DNA of 64,000 nt from Chrysomallon squamiferum (Eukaryota > Animalia > Mollusca). The first letter of the stretch is position 1. Each line of letters starts with the position of its first letter. The notes beneath the pieces are model-generated. The model was not told where the DNA came from and did not search any database. It saw only the letters and a list, made by a program, of their open reading frames with translations. Location of the stretch: contig CM022674.1 in assembly GCA_012295275.1 (NCBI GenBank), forward strand, positions 6,386,001 through 6,450,000, in the 5' to 3' direction. Shown piece after piece: positions 1 through 28,601 of this stretch. The position numbers and the translations under genes were made by a program.

Positions 1-172
1 TGAGCAATAAACTGCCAGAAATGGAACAACCGGTGTATCCAATTAACATGTGTTATAATCTCACTGCCAGATTCGGAAATAAACCGATCAATGACAGCAG
101 ATCAAAGATATCACTGATTTAGGTAGCTGAGGGAGTCGTTTTCGTCGCAAAAAAACAACAACAACAACAACA

Positions 173-245
<73 letters not shown>

Positions 246-648
246 GATTCCATCAAGCAAATTCGCGTTTAAAAGACACGTTAGAGTGAATAGAATAATG
301 ACTGAAATTAAAGGTTTCTATTTTTTTCCTTCTGTTTTTTTTTTTTCCGACTCAACATGCTTGATCCATTTTCAATCCATCCGAGACTAATTTTACTTAT
401 TTTTCTGCTCATTGTATTTCTTCTTCGCTGGAGTAAAATTTAAATCGCTGTCTTTGGATAAAATAGGAATCTAGTTTTACCTGTGACCCTAGTGTGAGAT
501 GTGCTCTCGTAAACTCGAACAGTCGTAATTTGCAAAAGTCGTAAATCAACGTCTGTCTCTACTGTTTGTAACAAGATGCAGACATTTCATTAAAAAGATC
601 TTCTCTTAAAAAAATAAAAATAAAAAAAATAATTAAAAAAAAATATAA

Positions 649-690
<42 letters not shown>

Positions 691-1124
691 GAATTTTACT
701 TTTGGTTTCCTCTAACGCAAAACAATAATAAGAATTTAAAAAAATAATAATCTACACATCTCCAGTGTCCTTGTTTCGAGTTCTTTGGGTTTACTCGCGT
801 AACATGATATATGCAGTTAAACTACATTTCTATAACTCACACAGATGTTTCATAATCTACCAAAATTCCATTTTTGACACTTGATGAAACATATATGTCA
901 GAAAAAGATGACAGATTATGCATTAAAATAAAACACAGTAAAAAAAACAATCGTAATGTAGGTTTCCACGCAAACAAAGGGTTAATATAATACTCGTGTG
1001 CGCGTGCACACACGGACACACACACACACAGGGACACAAATCGCACATGCATTGACTACAAAGCCGAAGTAAAGAATATCGCAAAAAAGAAACAATAAAA
1101 TTTATTATAATTAATTAGCGATCA

Positions 1125-2473
1125 TCAATCACGTGATTTGGCGGAGTTCGCGACGGGCACAGTACGGAAGAACCGACGAAGCACGTACACTTGCGCACAG
1201 GAAGTGAGAACGATAACGAGGCACTGTGCAAACGAGTAGTACGTGACGTAAACATTGTTGCCTTTGGTGAGGTACCAGTCACTCATCAGACTGAGTCGTG
1301 AACGTACCTGGTACTCCGACATCTCTTCTGTTAGCTTAGACAGATTTCTCACAGCCTTCTGAAATAGTCCAATGTGTTGTAGGAAATGTTTTAGGAGAAA
1401 AATTAGTAGGTATTGTTAGTAAAAGTATTAGTAGGTATTGTCAGTAGAATTGTTAGTACGTATTGTTAGTAGAATTATTAGTAAGTATTGTTAGTAGAAT
1501 TATTAGTAAGTATTGTTAGAAGAATTATTAGTAGGTTTTGTTAGAAGAATTATTAGTAAGTATTGTTAGAAGAATTATTAATAGGTATTGTTAGTTCCTA
1601 CTTTAGTAGATACTGTTAGTAGAAACATTAGTAGATATTTTAATTAGAAACATTTGTGTATATTTTTAGTGCAAATGTTAGTATATGTTTCCAACAGAAA
1701 TATTAGATATTGTTACAGAAAGTTTATTTGAAACATTAGTATAATCTTTAGCAGAACAAGGTGAATATAAGAACAGAAGTGGCGCAGTCTGTTAACAGAT
1801 ATAAACTCGTATCATCTTCGGAAACATTCGGAACATTTCGCCTCAAAAATCGTAAAACTCAAACAATCCGCCAGTAAAAATAACGAAAATCGCTCAGTAA
1901 TGTTTTTGAATATTTCCGAACGTAACCGAAAACTGTCTGGGGTGCTCACGTGTAAATAAATTTCGCGTTCCATTGTTTCCGTGGTTACTGGAAGTAATAA
2001 ATAGATTCCTAAAAATACCAACTTCGACACGAGTAGCCCGCGAGTGGCGTCGATACAGATTTCGTATGTACCTGCAAAAACACACACAGACTCACGTAAT
2101 GTATTCGTTGCTTGGTGACTGCGTTTTCACGTAGTAGAAACAATGCATATTGAAACGTTGCCTTAATTTTTAAACAACGAAAGCCAAAAGAAGAAGAGGA
2201 ATATTAAAAGGAAAGAAAAAAAAAAAACAAATAAAAAAAAAATTTAATGAACAAAATAAGTTGAGAATATAGAACGTGTAGAAGAAGAAACAATATGGCA
2301 GCAGAAACATACGTAATATCCTTCATAATGGTCAGATATTACTGGAAGATTTCAGATTTGAAAACTCAGTGGTCTTCATAATGGTCAGATATGTTACTGA
2401 AAGATTTGAAATCTGAGTGGTTTTTGTTGCTATGAGCTAAAAATTATTGAAATCGGTGTGAGATCATTCACAG

Positions 2474-2508
<35 letters not shown>

Positions 2509-3447
2509 TTGGTTGCCAATAGTAAAAGGGTAAAACAACAGAGGAAGTCAACTGATATCATTCAGTGAGGAGATTTTGTCTTTCAGACGACAATAATCTT
2601 GCATATGCATTCACACAAAGATGACTCTACAAAAATAAACAGTAGACATTGACATTAACAGTATGACTCAAGGATGATATTTCCAAATGCAACACGAACA
2701 TACGTCACAGAATGAAAATGACGTAATAAAAAAATCTACATCACAATTTACTTTAAAATGCTACATCCATTAAGTAAGAATGGACATTCCAAAATTATTA
2801 CTTTTATTAGTACTAGTAGTAGTAGTAGTAGTAGCAGCAGTAGTAGTAGTAGTAGTAGTAACAGTAGTGGTAATAGTAATAGTAATAGCAAGTAGTATAA
2901 CTTTTGACCCTTCTCATTTTATAACTGAACTAAAACACACAGATGTTTTACCGTTAATTAATTGTGTAAGTAAGCAACTGTTTACTAAGTAACTAACATA
3001 TTAATTAGAAAAGTATTTACCTGTCTTTTGAACCATCATTTTCAACACACCCTGATTCTTTGACAAATCCTGTAGTATCACTTTCTTAGACGAATCCTTC
3101 ACGAAAATGTCGATTGTACGATCACTCCCTCGTAGAACCTGTCAGAATTTAAAAAAATCAGGGAGACAAAAAGAAAAAGAACGTTTCAACGAAATATCTG
3201 TTATTTTTAAGGACACTAACACATCACAAACATTGAATCATACCTGATAGAATACTTGTAGTTTCCCTTCTTCCTTCAATTTTTTGTAAAAACATTCTTG
3301 TCTACCAGGCAGTACTTCGATTTTGAACTCATGTACTGTTGACAAAGCATCAAAGTCAGTGTCCCTATCTGTTCCTCTGCCTTGGGTAAGTATGTTGCTC
3401 GTAAAAACAAAAACTGATAATAAATAAATGTAGCTAGTTTGCGCCAT
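1125..3447 (-). CDS. p24/TMED (emp24/gp25L) family protein, TMED1/5/6-like, paralog A; 4 exons, 225 aa
   Basis: Exons 3447-3244, 3138-3021, 2071-1950, 1358-1125, all GT-AG and phase-compatible (678 nt). Signal peptide MAQTSYIYLLSVFVF; GOLD motifs EFKIEVLPGRQECFY, YQ|VLRG, GTYEICID..SKLVFL; TM segment YYSFAQCLVIVLTSCAQVYVL; cytosolic RRFF motif. Confidence 0.9.
1395..1680. repeat. ~25-bp minisatellite (tattgttagtagaattattagtaag) in intron 3 of paralog A
   Basis: Tandem units are visible. Degenerate homologous arrays occur in intron 3 of B (~11880-12050), D (~16620-16830) and in the relic at ~20750-20830. Confidence 0.8.
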
Positions 3448-3592
3448 TCTCTTTTTCATTAGTTGTGGAGTGTAGATGCGATCGATAGAAAAATGGGACT
3501 GATTCATTGTAATTTGAACAGATGTCAGGTTTTACTTTACTATTTTAATGCTTGTTTCATTAACCACGCATTCTTTTTGGAGAATTACTCAT

Positions 3593-3800
3593 TTAATGCA
3601 GAGAGTAAATTGTAGCTTCTTCTTTTAATTTTTGTTAAAAACATTCTTCTCTGCCCGATTGTTCTTCAAGTTTAAACTCATGACGTATTCCCGGTAAGCT
3701 AGCAAAATTATAATCACTGTGTTGTTATGTGCCTTTGCATAAGAACGTTGTTCGTAAAAGCAAAGGTTAACAATAAACAAATGTAGCCATTTTGCTCCCT
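3593..3800 (-). pseudogene. Degenerate copy of TMED exon 1
   Basis: Reads (R)EQNGYICLLLTFAFTNNVLMQ, then a +1 frameshift, then GT*QHSDYNFASLPGIRHEFKLEEQSGREECF*QKLKEEA. ATG mutated to AGG, two in-frame TAA, no donor site. Confidence 0.85.
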
Positions 3801-3999
3801 TTTATTATTTACTGGAAAACGTAAAACAATGGAAATGAGCTTTAATATATTTTTGTATTTTCTTGTTTGTTTGTTGTTGTTTTTTTGTGATAAAAAAAAA
3901 ATGAAATAAAATGTAAGAACCACTGTTTTTATTATTCCTTTTTTGTATTTCTGTAAAAAAAAAAAATAGAATTAAACTTTAAGAACCACACAGATAACA

Positions 4000-4872
4000 T
4001 TTGTAAAGGTAACACGAATATACGTCACATAACGAAAATGACGTAATAGCAAATCTACACTACAATTTCATTCATAAAAACAGCTATAGCCACTAAGTAA
4101 CAATAGTTGTAGTAGTAGTAATCGTAGATGTTATGGTGTTTTCATAGTATGCACTGACAGTGACATACACGAAGGATCTTCTGTACACAGACAGGTTCTC
4201 CTCTCATTTTATAACTGAACTAAAACACATAGATATGGTTCAGTTAATTAATTATCTAAGTAAGCAACTATGTACTAAATAACTAACATTTTAATTAGAA
4301 AATAATTTACCTTCCTTTTCAACTTTTATTTGTCACTAACTCGACGGCTTTTTAATAAATTCTGCTGTATAATTTTATTTTATTTTTATTTTTATTTTTA
4401 TTTTTATTATTTATTTTTTTTTTTTTTTTTTTTTTTTTTTTGACGAATACTTCAGGAAAATGTTAGTTATGCCACCACCCCCTTCGTAAAACCTGTCATA
4501 AAGGAAACGAAAACAACAGAAAACAAACAAACAAACAAACAAACAAACAAAACAAATAATAATAATCATGACACAACAATTAACACACTCATACATTCAG
4601 CAGCAGCAATATATTTTTATATCAATTCAAGAATTGAATCAAACTTTTTTCCACATCTTAATTTTTTGTGACCAGTATACTTAGAATAACAGCTGTTTTA
4701 ATATAGTATTCAAAAAAAAAAAAAAAATTCCTGCTTATCGTTTGAAATAGTTTCTTTTCTTTTTTTTTCTTTTTATGTTTTTTTCCTTTTTTATTTTTAA
4801 ATGTATTTTGCATTGTGATGTTATTAAATTTTATAAATGAATTTTGCTGTGATGTTATTACTATTTATAAAT

Positions 4873-4949
<77 letters not shown>

Positions 4950-5090
4950 CTGTTTTACATTAAATGGAACGTTTCAACGAAATATTACGATGTTAATGTT
5001 ATTAACACAGTACAAACATTACCTGGCAAACAATGTGTAATTTCACGTACACTGACTCATCAGACTGAGTCGTGGACGTACGATACCTAC
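4000..5090 (-). pseudogene. TMED relic: exon-4 shard, exon-1 tail, intron 1 with (CT)n, frameshifted exon 2 (4492-4311), part of intron 2
   Basis: Exon 2 remnant ag|GTTTTACGAAGGGGG...CTGAAGTATTCGTCA, interrupted by an A/AAAAAT expansion and ending GAAG|gtaaat. 4000-4310 matches A intron 2 (~2690-3020). 5055-5074 is identical to exon-4 bases 1281-1300. Confidence 0.75.
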
Positions 5091-5458
5091 ATAGGTTTTG
5101 TTATTAGACATTGGTTCTTTTAACAGAATATAGTTGGAGCAGACAGCTATTTTAAAATTTGCATTCTAGAAAACAGAGGTTTTAATATAGTATTCTAATT
5201 TTATTTCCCCGCTCCCTATTTCATTATTTTCTTTTCTTTTTATAATTGAATCGTTATTAGTATTTATAAATATATATATATATACAAATCCCATGAATTT
5301 CAAGGAATTTCGATCAGTTTGAACATTTCGATTTTTATATCTCCTTTCTTCTGTTCCAGTCTAGGATGGATTTTAATAAAAGAAGGATTCTGTATTTTGC
5401 AACTGAGGAACAATCAAAATTTATCGATTCTTCTGTTCTTCATTCCTCTTTAAAATAA

Positions 5459-5489
<31 letters not shown>

Positions 5490-6331
5490 ACAAAATAAAA
5501 AATACGAAAATTCCAAATGGGTTCAAGATATGATCGAAAAAATCTAAAAAGACTGAGCACACGTTACTAAATGAAACATGTCATCAATAAAAATGCGAGA
5601 GTTATTGCCCTTGTGTTATAAATAAATATCATTTCTTCTAAGACAATGTGCCTTTTGATTACTAAGTGGCTCCATGTTTTCAGAGGCCTGTAAAAATACG
5701 CACGACCTGATATATATCTTTTAAATTATTAAAATTTCTTTTTAAATCTCAAACTTACTATTAGTTCAATCACGACAACTACTACTATTACTACAACCAC
5801 TACTTCTACTACTACTACCACAATTAAAACTAACGCTAGTACTACAGTTCTACTACTACTTTTTCTACGACTACTACTATTAGTACTAATACTTCTACTA
5901 CTATTGCCACAACTGTTATTAATACTATCTCCCCTACTACTGATGTTGTTACTACTACTACTACTACTACCACCACATCTACTTGTACTGTCAGTAATGT
6001 TTATCATATAAAATCTGTGTTGTTTTAAAACCAAAAACATTTGCTACTACTAGGGCTGCTTCTACCACTACCACAACTTCTACTACTAAGCTATTAACAC
6101 TAATATTAATATTAGTACTACCACTACTAGCAATCCACATCATATACACACATATAGATAGACACATACATACATACATACACACATACAATTGGACACA
6201 TATAAATAGACACACACACAAACAGATACATAGACAGAAACAGACAGACAGACATACAGAGAGATAGACAGAAAGGCACTAAGACAGATAGAGAGACACA
6301 CATATAGACAGAGAAACAGAGACAAATAGGA

Positions 6332-6366
<35 letters not shown>

Positions 6367-6703
6367 AAGACAGACAGAAAGACAGACAGATAGACAGATA
6401 GCCGGAGAGACATCTAAAGTTTTTAAGCAAATCATTACAATAGTAAAAACAAGAGTAAAAACCCTGTAAATAATTAATAAAAGTTTATGTTTTGAAAAGT
6501 AACATTACGTCATATACTGTTTAAGTTCTGTTTGCCTTTAAACTGATGACACTGTGCTCCTTAACTTTTTCTGACTAGTATAACTGTCAGAAGCAGACTG
6601 TTTCATTATAGATTAACAGCTGTATAATATGTGTATGTATGAGCGTATATGTGGGTGTGTGTACTCCTCTTTGTCTCTCATTGTGTCTGACTGTGTGCCC
6701 TTA

Positions 6704-6779
<76 letters not shown>

Positions 6780-6875
6780 TTAAAAGTAATAAATAATAAA
6801 AATAATAGAAATAATAGAAATAATAATAATTATAATAATAATAATAATAAAAATAATAATAATAATATAATTATG

Positions 6876-6929
<54 letters not shown>

Positions 6930-7166
6930 TAACAATAATAATAATAATAGCGATGATGAAATGGAATGTTTTGACTTGATTTATACAGGAAAACAGTGAA
7001 TCTGTTTCGCATTTGTTGTATGTTTGTTTTTGTTGTTGTTTTTTTTCTTCGACCAACAACGATATGTTATTGCTACTACTGCTCCTACTCCACTACTTCT
7101 ATTACTACTGCTGTCACAACTGATACTAACACTTCTACATCATATCACTACTACTACTGTCAATAT

Positions 7167-7221
<55 letters not shown>

Positions 7222-7223
<2 letters not shown>

Positions 7224-8200
7224 CCTTAATGTCAATGTATAGTGTTTATTTTTATCCGGTACCTCACTGTAGGCAACAATTTTTACGTCACCTACTACTG
7301 GTTTGCACAGTGCCTCGTTATCGTTCTCACTTCCTGTGCGCAAGCGTACGTGCTTCGTCGGTTCTTCCGCACTGTGCCCGTTACGTAGAGGCGAAACCCG
7401 CGACTGATGACAGCTAATTAATTATAATAAATTTTATTGTTTCTTTTTACATTAGTCTTTAGTTCAGTGGCTCAGTTAAAACACGTGTGATTTGTGTCCG
7501 TGTGTGAGTGTGTCTGTTAGTATTCTGTTAACTTTTTCATTTGTCTGAAAACCGACGATTATCTTTTTTTTTTCCTTTAGTTGCTACTGTGTTTTATTTT
7601 AATGGAAAAAAATTTCTGAAATTTGTCATCTTTTTCTATAATATATATATTACATCAAGTGTGAAAAATGGACATTTTATGCATTCTGAATAAATGTTTA
7701 TGTTTAACGAAACATCTGTGTGAGTTATAGAAACATAGTTTAACTGCATATACCATGTTACGAGAGTAAACCCAAAGAACTCAAACAAGAACACTGGTGA
7801 CGTGCAGATTATTTTTCAAACTTCTTTTTGCTTTTGGGTTTGAGGGCATCAAAATGAAAATATTTAGATTTTGCTGGGGGTTGTTGTGTCTTGTTGTTGT
7901 GTATTTTTCTCTTTTGTTCTGCAATTTCTTCATTTTATCTTATTTCACAGAGTTCAGACAGACGTGCGAGTTCAGACAGACTTCCGACTTTCGACTGTTC
8001 GTTTACGACTGTTCGAGTTTACGACTGTTCGTCTTTACGACTGTTCGTCTTTACGACTGTTCGCGTTTACGACTGTTCGAGTTTACGACTGTTCGCGTTT
8101 ACGACACTTCGAGTTTACGACTGTTCGCGTTTACGACTGTTCGAGTTTACGACAGGACATCTCGCATTGAGGTCACAGTTAAAACCAGGTCCATACTTTT
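7222..8200 (+). pseudogene. TMED relic: intron-2 fragment fused to the 3' part of exon 4 (7258-7388) plus 3' flank
   Basis: Translates YLTVGNNFYVTYYWFAQCLVIVLTSCAQAYVLRRFFRTVPVT*. No acceptor and no 5' part of the exon. 7420-8200 is an inverted homologue of ~460-1120 (3' flank of A). Confidence 0.85.
7992..8154. repeat. 16-bp minisatellite cgactgttcg(ag/cg/tc)ttta, about 10 copies
   Basis: Head-to-tail units with no spacers. Confidence 0.95.
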
Positions 8201-9286
8201 CTATTTCTATCGACAGTTTTTTCCGAACAAAGTTTTATCCGAACGAAGATAAAAATTCGGGCGGACTGGAAATGAACCAAAGCACCGACAGATAAGTCAA
8301 AATGATACCAGTCTTTTTAAGTGGTAATTGGGTGGTAATTGGGTTTTCACAAAATGCTAAAAATACGCATGAGCTAATTTTTGTCTTTTAAAATATTTTT
8401 TCATTTAAAATCTAAAACATCGATGTGTTACTTCTACTACTGCTGTCACAACTGATACTAACGTACACCGCACCACTACTACTACTTCGACGAATATTAC
8501 TATTAGCTGTAATGCATCTACTACAGTTACTACAAGTGTTATTAATAATTTTCGTCACTTTTGTTGTTCTTATTACCAGTACTGCTGCTAACACCACCAT
8601 CATTACTACCGAGTACAACAACTACTACGTCATTTACTAATACTCCTACTGTTAATACTATATATGTGTGTGTGTGTGTGTCTATAGATAGATAGATAGA
8701 TAGATATACACATACGATTATGTGCATCTTACCTTAGGTTAGTAGTATGGTCATAGGAATAGATGGTTCTTTAAAAAAAAAATTGTTGGTTTTTTACTTC
8801 CCATTTTAAATAATTAGGTATTTTGGCATCTTAAGTTTTAAACGGTCACAGAAATAAATTGACAGCATCAAAGAAAAAAGATCGATCGATGAAGACTGCA
8901 GGCATAAAAAAAATAGTTTAGAGTTTTTACAGTTCCCCCTCTATTTCACAGAACTAAGAAAAAAAGAAAATGAAGTGATATATCGTATTTTCTTTCACAG
9001 TTGGTGTTTTCGTTAAAAAAAAACATAGTGTGTTTTACTGGTGTTTTTTCATGTAAAATTGCCACGACTTACCCTCTACATTACATGAGTAAATATCGAA
9101 ACATAATGCGTGCTTAATAAAACGATGGTTAAAACATAAGCAAAGGATTGGGCAAAAAAAAAAAAAAATCAAACCCGACACCTCAACAAACTAAAATAGG
9201 TCTGTCTCGTAATGTTATCGATCGCGTCTGCGTTTTGTTGTCTGTTACCATCTGCGCGTTATGAACTTTTACTATTGAATACGAAA

Positions 9287-12362
<3,076 letters not shown>

Positions 12363-13591
12363 TGATTGCTAATTAATTATAATAAATGTTATTGTTGTTT
12401 TATTTTATTCGTTTGTTGCTTTTTGTTGTTGTTGTTGTTATTTTTACATTATTTTTTTAGTTCAGTGTTTTATTTAATATATCTGATTTGTAAGCGCGTG
12501 TGTGTGTGCGTGTGTGTTTGTATTGTTCTCGCGCGCTTATTAAATGAAGGAAACGGGGGGGGGGAAGGTTGATAATGGAACAATTAAACGTGTTGAAATA
12601 GTTATCTTTTTTAGTCCACTTATCGTTTTTGATTAACCAGATCTACCCCTATTCCCGTAATCTTTTTATTTGTCCCGAAAATCCACATTACAATCATTTT
12701 TTTTTTTTTCGTTTTGTTACCGTGTTTTTTAAAAATGGAAATTTTACCGATTATAAATACATTTTTATATTTAACAGAATACTGAAAACAGCGTGATATA
12801 CCAGAAAAACGATAAGCAATCGAAACAACAATGCAAATCAGTTTCACGCAAGATATAGCAAAATCCTTTTCACCAGATCCTCAGAGTCGAACAGATTCTG
12901 TGCCTGAGTTAGCAAACTGATCAAAACTGATGAGAATTCAACCACATTAACCTTTCTTTACTCGTTGCACTGTGTTTTAATTAATTTTTGAATTCGGTTA
13001 TATTAAGTAATCACCACTTTCTAGTATTAAACTTTGGTTTGTCAGCAAAACTTAAGAAAAGGCAGTATGTATGTGTGTTAAAAAATGTTTTTAAAAATAT
13101 TTTCTAACTTTACTGTTTCTCCTAATTACAGTTTATAGTGAATGATCAGTTTATGTATTGTATGTTACAGACAGACAGACAGACAGACATAGAGAGAAGG
13201 ATAAACTAATAGAGACAGACAGACAGACAGACAGACAAATAGGGAGAAGTAGGAAAGGAAAAAAGGTTGGATCACGTGCGAGAAACATTCACTGCATTTC
13301 AATTATTTCTCCTTCTGTTTTTATTGGTTTTATTTATTTATTTATTTATTTATTTATTTTATTTTATTTTATTTATTTATTTTTTTATTATTATTAATAT
13401 TCCTATTATTTCCAATAAGAATGCAGACATAAACACACAGAGAATTGCTACAAAAATGTATCGTCTCGATTAAATGAGTTCACTTTATTTCCTAAAACCT
13501 GATGCATGGTTAATCAAAGGTGCATTAAAACAAAAGCAAACGGCAGAAAAAAAAAAAAAAAAAAAAAAAAAATCGTTAATAATAATACGCG

Positions 13592-13639
13592 TCATCTCTA
13601 CAAACAAAAAATGGGTCAGTCACATTTTTCTTTCGATCG
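13592..13639 (+). promoter_or_regulatory. Conserved upstream/5'UTR motif of the TMED paralogs (aaaatgggtcagtc.catttttct.tcgatcg)
   Basis: Homologous motifs lie just upstream of each ATG: A ~3478-3530 (-), B ~9185-9225 (+), D ~19230-19270 (-). An orphan inverted copy lies at 14473-14519. Function is inferred from position only. Confidence 0.5.
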
Positions 13640-13701
13640 AGTCTACACTGCATTATTTGCGATCGTCTGCTCCTGTTGAATGTTTACTTACGAATAAGAA
13701 A

Positions 13702-25180
<11,479 letters not shown>

Positions 25181-26718
25181 CTGTTAAAACATTAAAAAAC
25201 AAAAATTGAAGAAGAAAAAGAAAAAGGCTTGATCGGTTCTAAAAGTTTAAAAGGCTTATCACATAATGAATGTCCTTGTGTTCGTTATTTTTATGACAAT
25301 TACTTTTATTCTTTATATAGTAATAGTTATTAAAATACTTAAGAAAACATATAGAAAGACAAAACCAGTCTACGAAGAAAGATAGAACATAATGTGTATT
25401 TTATTTAAATCTGTATTAAAATCTATTTTTAAAATGTCGTTGTTTTATATTTTCCATGAAAGTGTATTGATCAGTTCCTGCGAAACAAAAAAAAAAAGCT
25501 TACCCAGATATTTATAATTAATTCCTAATCCGATCTACGTTTATGATATCTTAATCGATTTATCATCCATCACGACAACAACATTATGACGTTTGTTGAT
25601 GGGGAATGATGTATACAGTACTTACTGGAAAATATAAAATTTTAATATAACGTTGCAAACACACGTACATTTATACACACAAACATAAGGGCCTACGTAG
25701 GTACACGCATACATACAGATACATTCATATACATACAGATACGTAAATTTATTCATACATATATATACACACAGAATGAAATTTATGCATGCATATATAT
25801 ACATACGTACATATACATATACGTTATATATATATACTTACACATACGTAAATGCATGCCATAAATGCATATAAGCACAGATATCTACACACGTACAAAG
25901 TACATATACACACGCATACATAAATACCTCAGTATATTACATAATAGAACTATTGTTTTAGATGTGTGTACGTTTCTGGAAACTGATTCATTGTGACCTG
26001 TTTCTTCTTATTTTGATGTCGACACATTTGGTGCAAGTAAATTCACACACACTTAAAGTCATCTTTAAACACTTTCAAACGCTTTATGTAAACTGAAACG
26101 GAATGAACGGCTTACAGAGAAAGAATTCGTCTGTTTGTTTTTCGAGACGGTCAGTTAGAAACACTGGAGTCACAAATAGAAAACAGATTTTAATGAATGC
26201 ATGTTATGTCTGCGAATGATAAGATAAACTAGATTCGTGAAAAAATGAATAAATAAAATAATGTCGTATGCAAATGTTAAAATTCGTCCACAGATATATA
26301 GATACATTTCTTCATACAGACATGTGTATAATACAGTCTACTAGTTCAGTGAAATATTTACAAAAAAAAACCAAAATGAAATATAATCTACCCGTATACT
26401 GTATTAGTTCATCACATTCTATTTTGGAATTTTAAAATGAATTACAAATGTTCAGAAAATTATGTGAATTATTACCTACCAAACAAAAAGTCAATCGTTC
26501 CCCGTTAACGTAACAAAATAAATATGTCATGGTTACTATGACGTCATTGTTTTGTTCCCATATGCCCATTACTGAATTATCTCCCCTGCATCGTAGATAC
26601 GACAGATGAACCGATGAATTATGTACAGGTATCGTTTATTACTTGACATTTGTCTCCCTTTATTTGTTTTCATCATACGCAGATTGTGGAATTAGTTTGT
26701 TTGAAATGTTATTTTGTG

Positions 26719-26768
<50 letters not shown>

Positions 26769-27023
26769 GAATGATTCTCTTTTTTTTTTTTTTGTATTTG
26801 TTGTTGTTCTTGTCGCTGTTATTTTTTCTTTTTTTTATTATCATTAATTTTATTTAATTTTTTTTTTTTTTTGAAGTTGTTATTGTTGTTGTTATTTCGT
26901 TAAACTGACTAAAATTAAATTAATTTTATATAATCTATTTTAAACAATAAACAAACTAAAATATAAAAAAAGATCCTTTAGAAATTGAATATACATCTAT
27001 TTTAAACAACGATAAAAACCAAA

Positions 27024-27061
<38 letters not shown>

Positions 27062-27090
27062 GTAGTAGTAGTAATAATAATAATAATAAC

Positions 27091-27132
<42 letters not shown>

Positions 27133-27159
27133 TCTTGTCCACGGTTTATTCAGTTGTTG

Positions 27160-27215
<56 letters not shown>

Positions 27216-27231
27216 TCCATTCCCTGATAAA

Positions 27232-27271
<40 letters not shown>

Positions 27272-27419
27272 AAAAGAAAAATATTTAAAGGCCATCCGAG
27301 ACCTTGCAATAGAATAATTCTTTCGAACTTTAAACTATATTAGAAAATTACATGTATTCACAATTTTACAAATAGACTGGTTTTACGATTAGTTGAATCT
27401 TCTCATACGGAAATTCCCG

Positions 27420-27527
27420 ATATTTTCCGACATGCTTTGTTTTCATTAGTTTCAAAATGGCTGTTTCTCGTAAAAGCGTGGGAATTCGTAAGCAAAGAAA
27501 CTGGATATCTCGTTTAATAGTAACAGT
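27420..27527 (+). other. Candidate non-coding 5' exon of LEKR1 (start approximate)
   Basis: Strong donor AGT|gtaagt at 27528, acceptor cttttcacag at 28521 just before the LEKR1 ATG, and a YY1-like caaaatggc motif. Confidence 0.4.
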
Positions 27528-27836
27528 GTAAGTATGATGTATGGAGTCGATGATGATAATTATTTATTTTATTCTAATTTAGTTATAAGTATTATTTTAA
27601 ATATGTATTTTTGTTTTGTATTTGTCCATTCGTACGTACCAATTAAGTTGAAAGAGAAATCGCAGTGAAGGTCTACTGAATTACTGAACTTAAAGAATTT
27701 ATTTACGATTTCCAATTAACGAAACTATTTTATGGTCACTAGATCCATGTAATGTCATCGTTTATTATTTATAATTAGTGTATTAAGTATATATTAATAC
27801 ATATGGTTCAGTGAAAGAAGGAAAGACAGAGGTTAA

Positions 27837-27912
<76 letters not shown>

Positions 27913-28601
27913 GGTGTATAGTTTATATTTTGCTAAGTATAATTATATGTCACATAAACAAAAATTAATCAGTCAAATACAGGTTTAATATGGTCAAATA
28001 ACTGTACCATTATACTTGAATAATTCCTACAGCCCTACTATTAAAATGTTTGTTATTATTATTAGTGGTAGTAGTAATAGTAGTAGCATTGTGTGTGGTT
28101 TTTATGTTGGAGGATTTGTATGTTAAAATTAACTTTAAAAAAGTATATATGCTGGACATTTAAAACATTTAGTATATAGCTCTATATTTTATAATTATAT
28201 AATATACATTAAAATGTAACATGAGAGTTGGATGTACATTTAAAAGTACAGTAACTGTACTGATGTAATTTATTAATTCCTACAACTTATTTTAAAATGT
28301 CTATTATTATTGTTGTTGTTGTTGTTATTAATATTATTATTAATGTATTTTTCTTTTTATGATATATAATTATGATATTTTTGTTTTTGTTTTTATTTTT
28401 GTTTTATTTTTTTATTATTTATAAATATTTATGCATATATTTTATTTATTTATTGTTCATTTATATAAAAATTAAATAAAAAAGTATCCATACTGTATAT
28501 TCAAAACATTTCTTTTCACAGCTAAAAACTGTACACCTCTTTGGCTCCCCATTATCTCTAGAACGATTCACAAACTCCCCCCCTATTAACAATTATCAAA
28601 A

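Noticed and set aside
7992-8154. CRISPR-like array, or repeat proteins from ORFs 7797-8295
   Set aside because: Units are contiguous with no unique spacers, there are no cas genes and the context is eukaryotic. The ORFs stay open only because the unit lacks stop codons.
9212-9286. Upstream in-frame starts extending TMED N-termini (also 3507, 13474, 19181)
   Set aside because: Not conserved between paralogs; the aligned MAQ/MAH/MSQ start gives a normal signal peptide.
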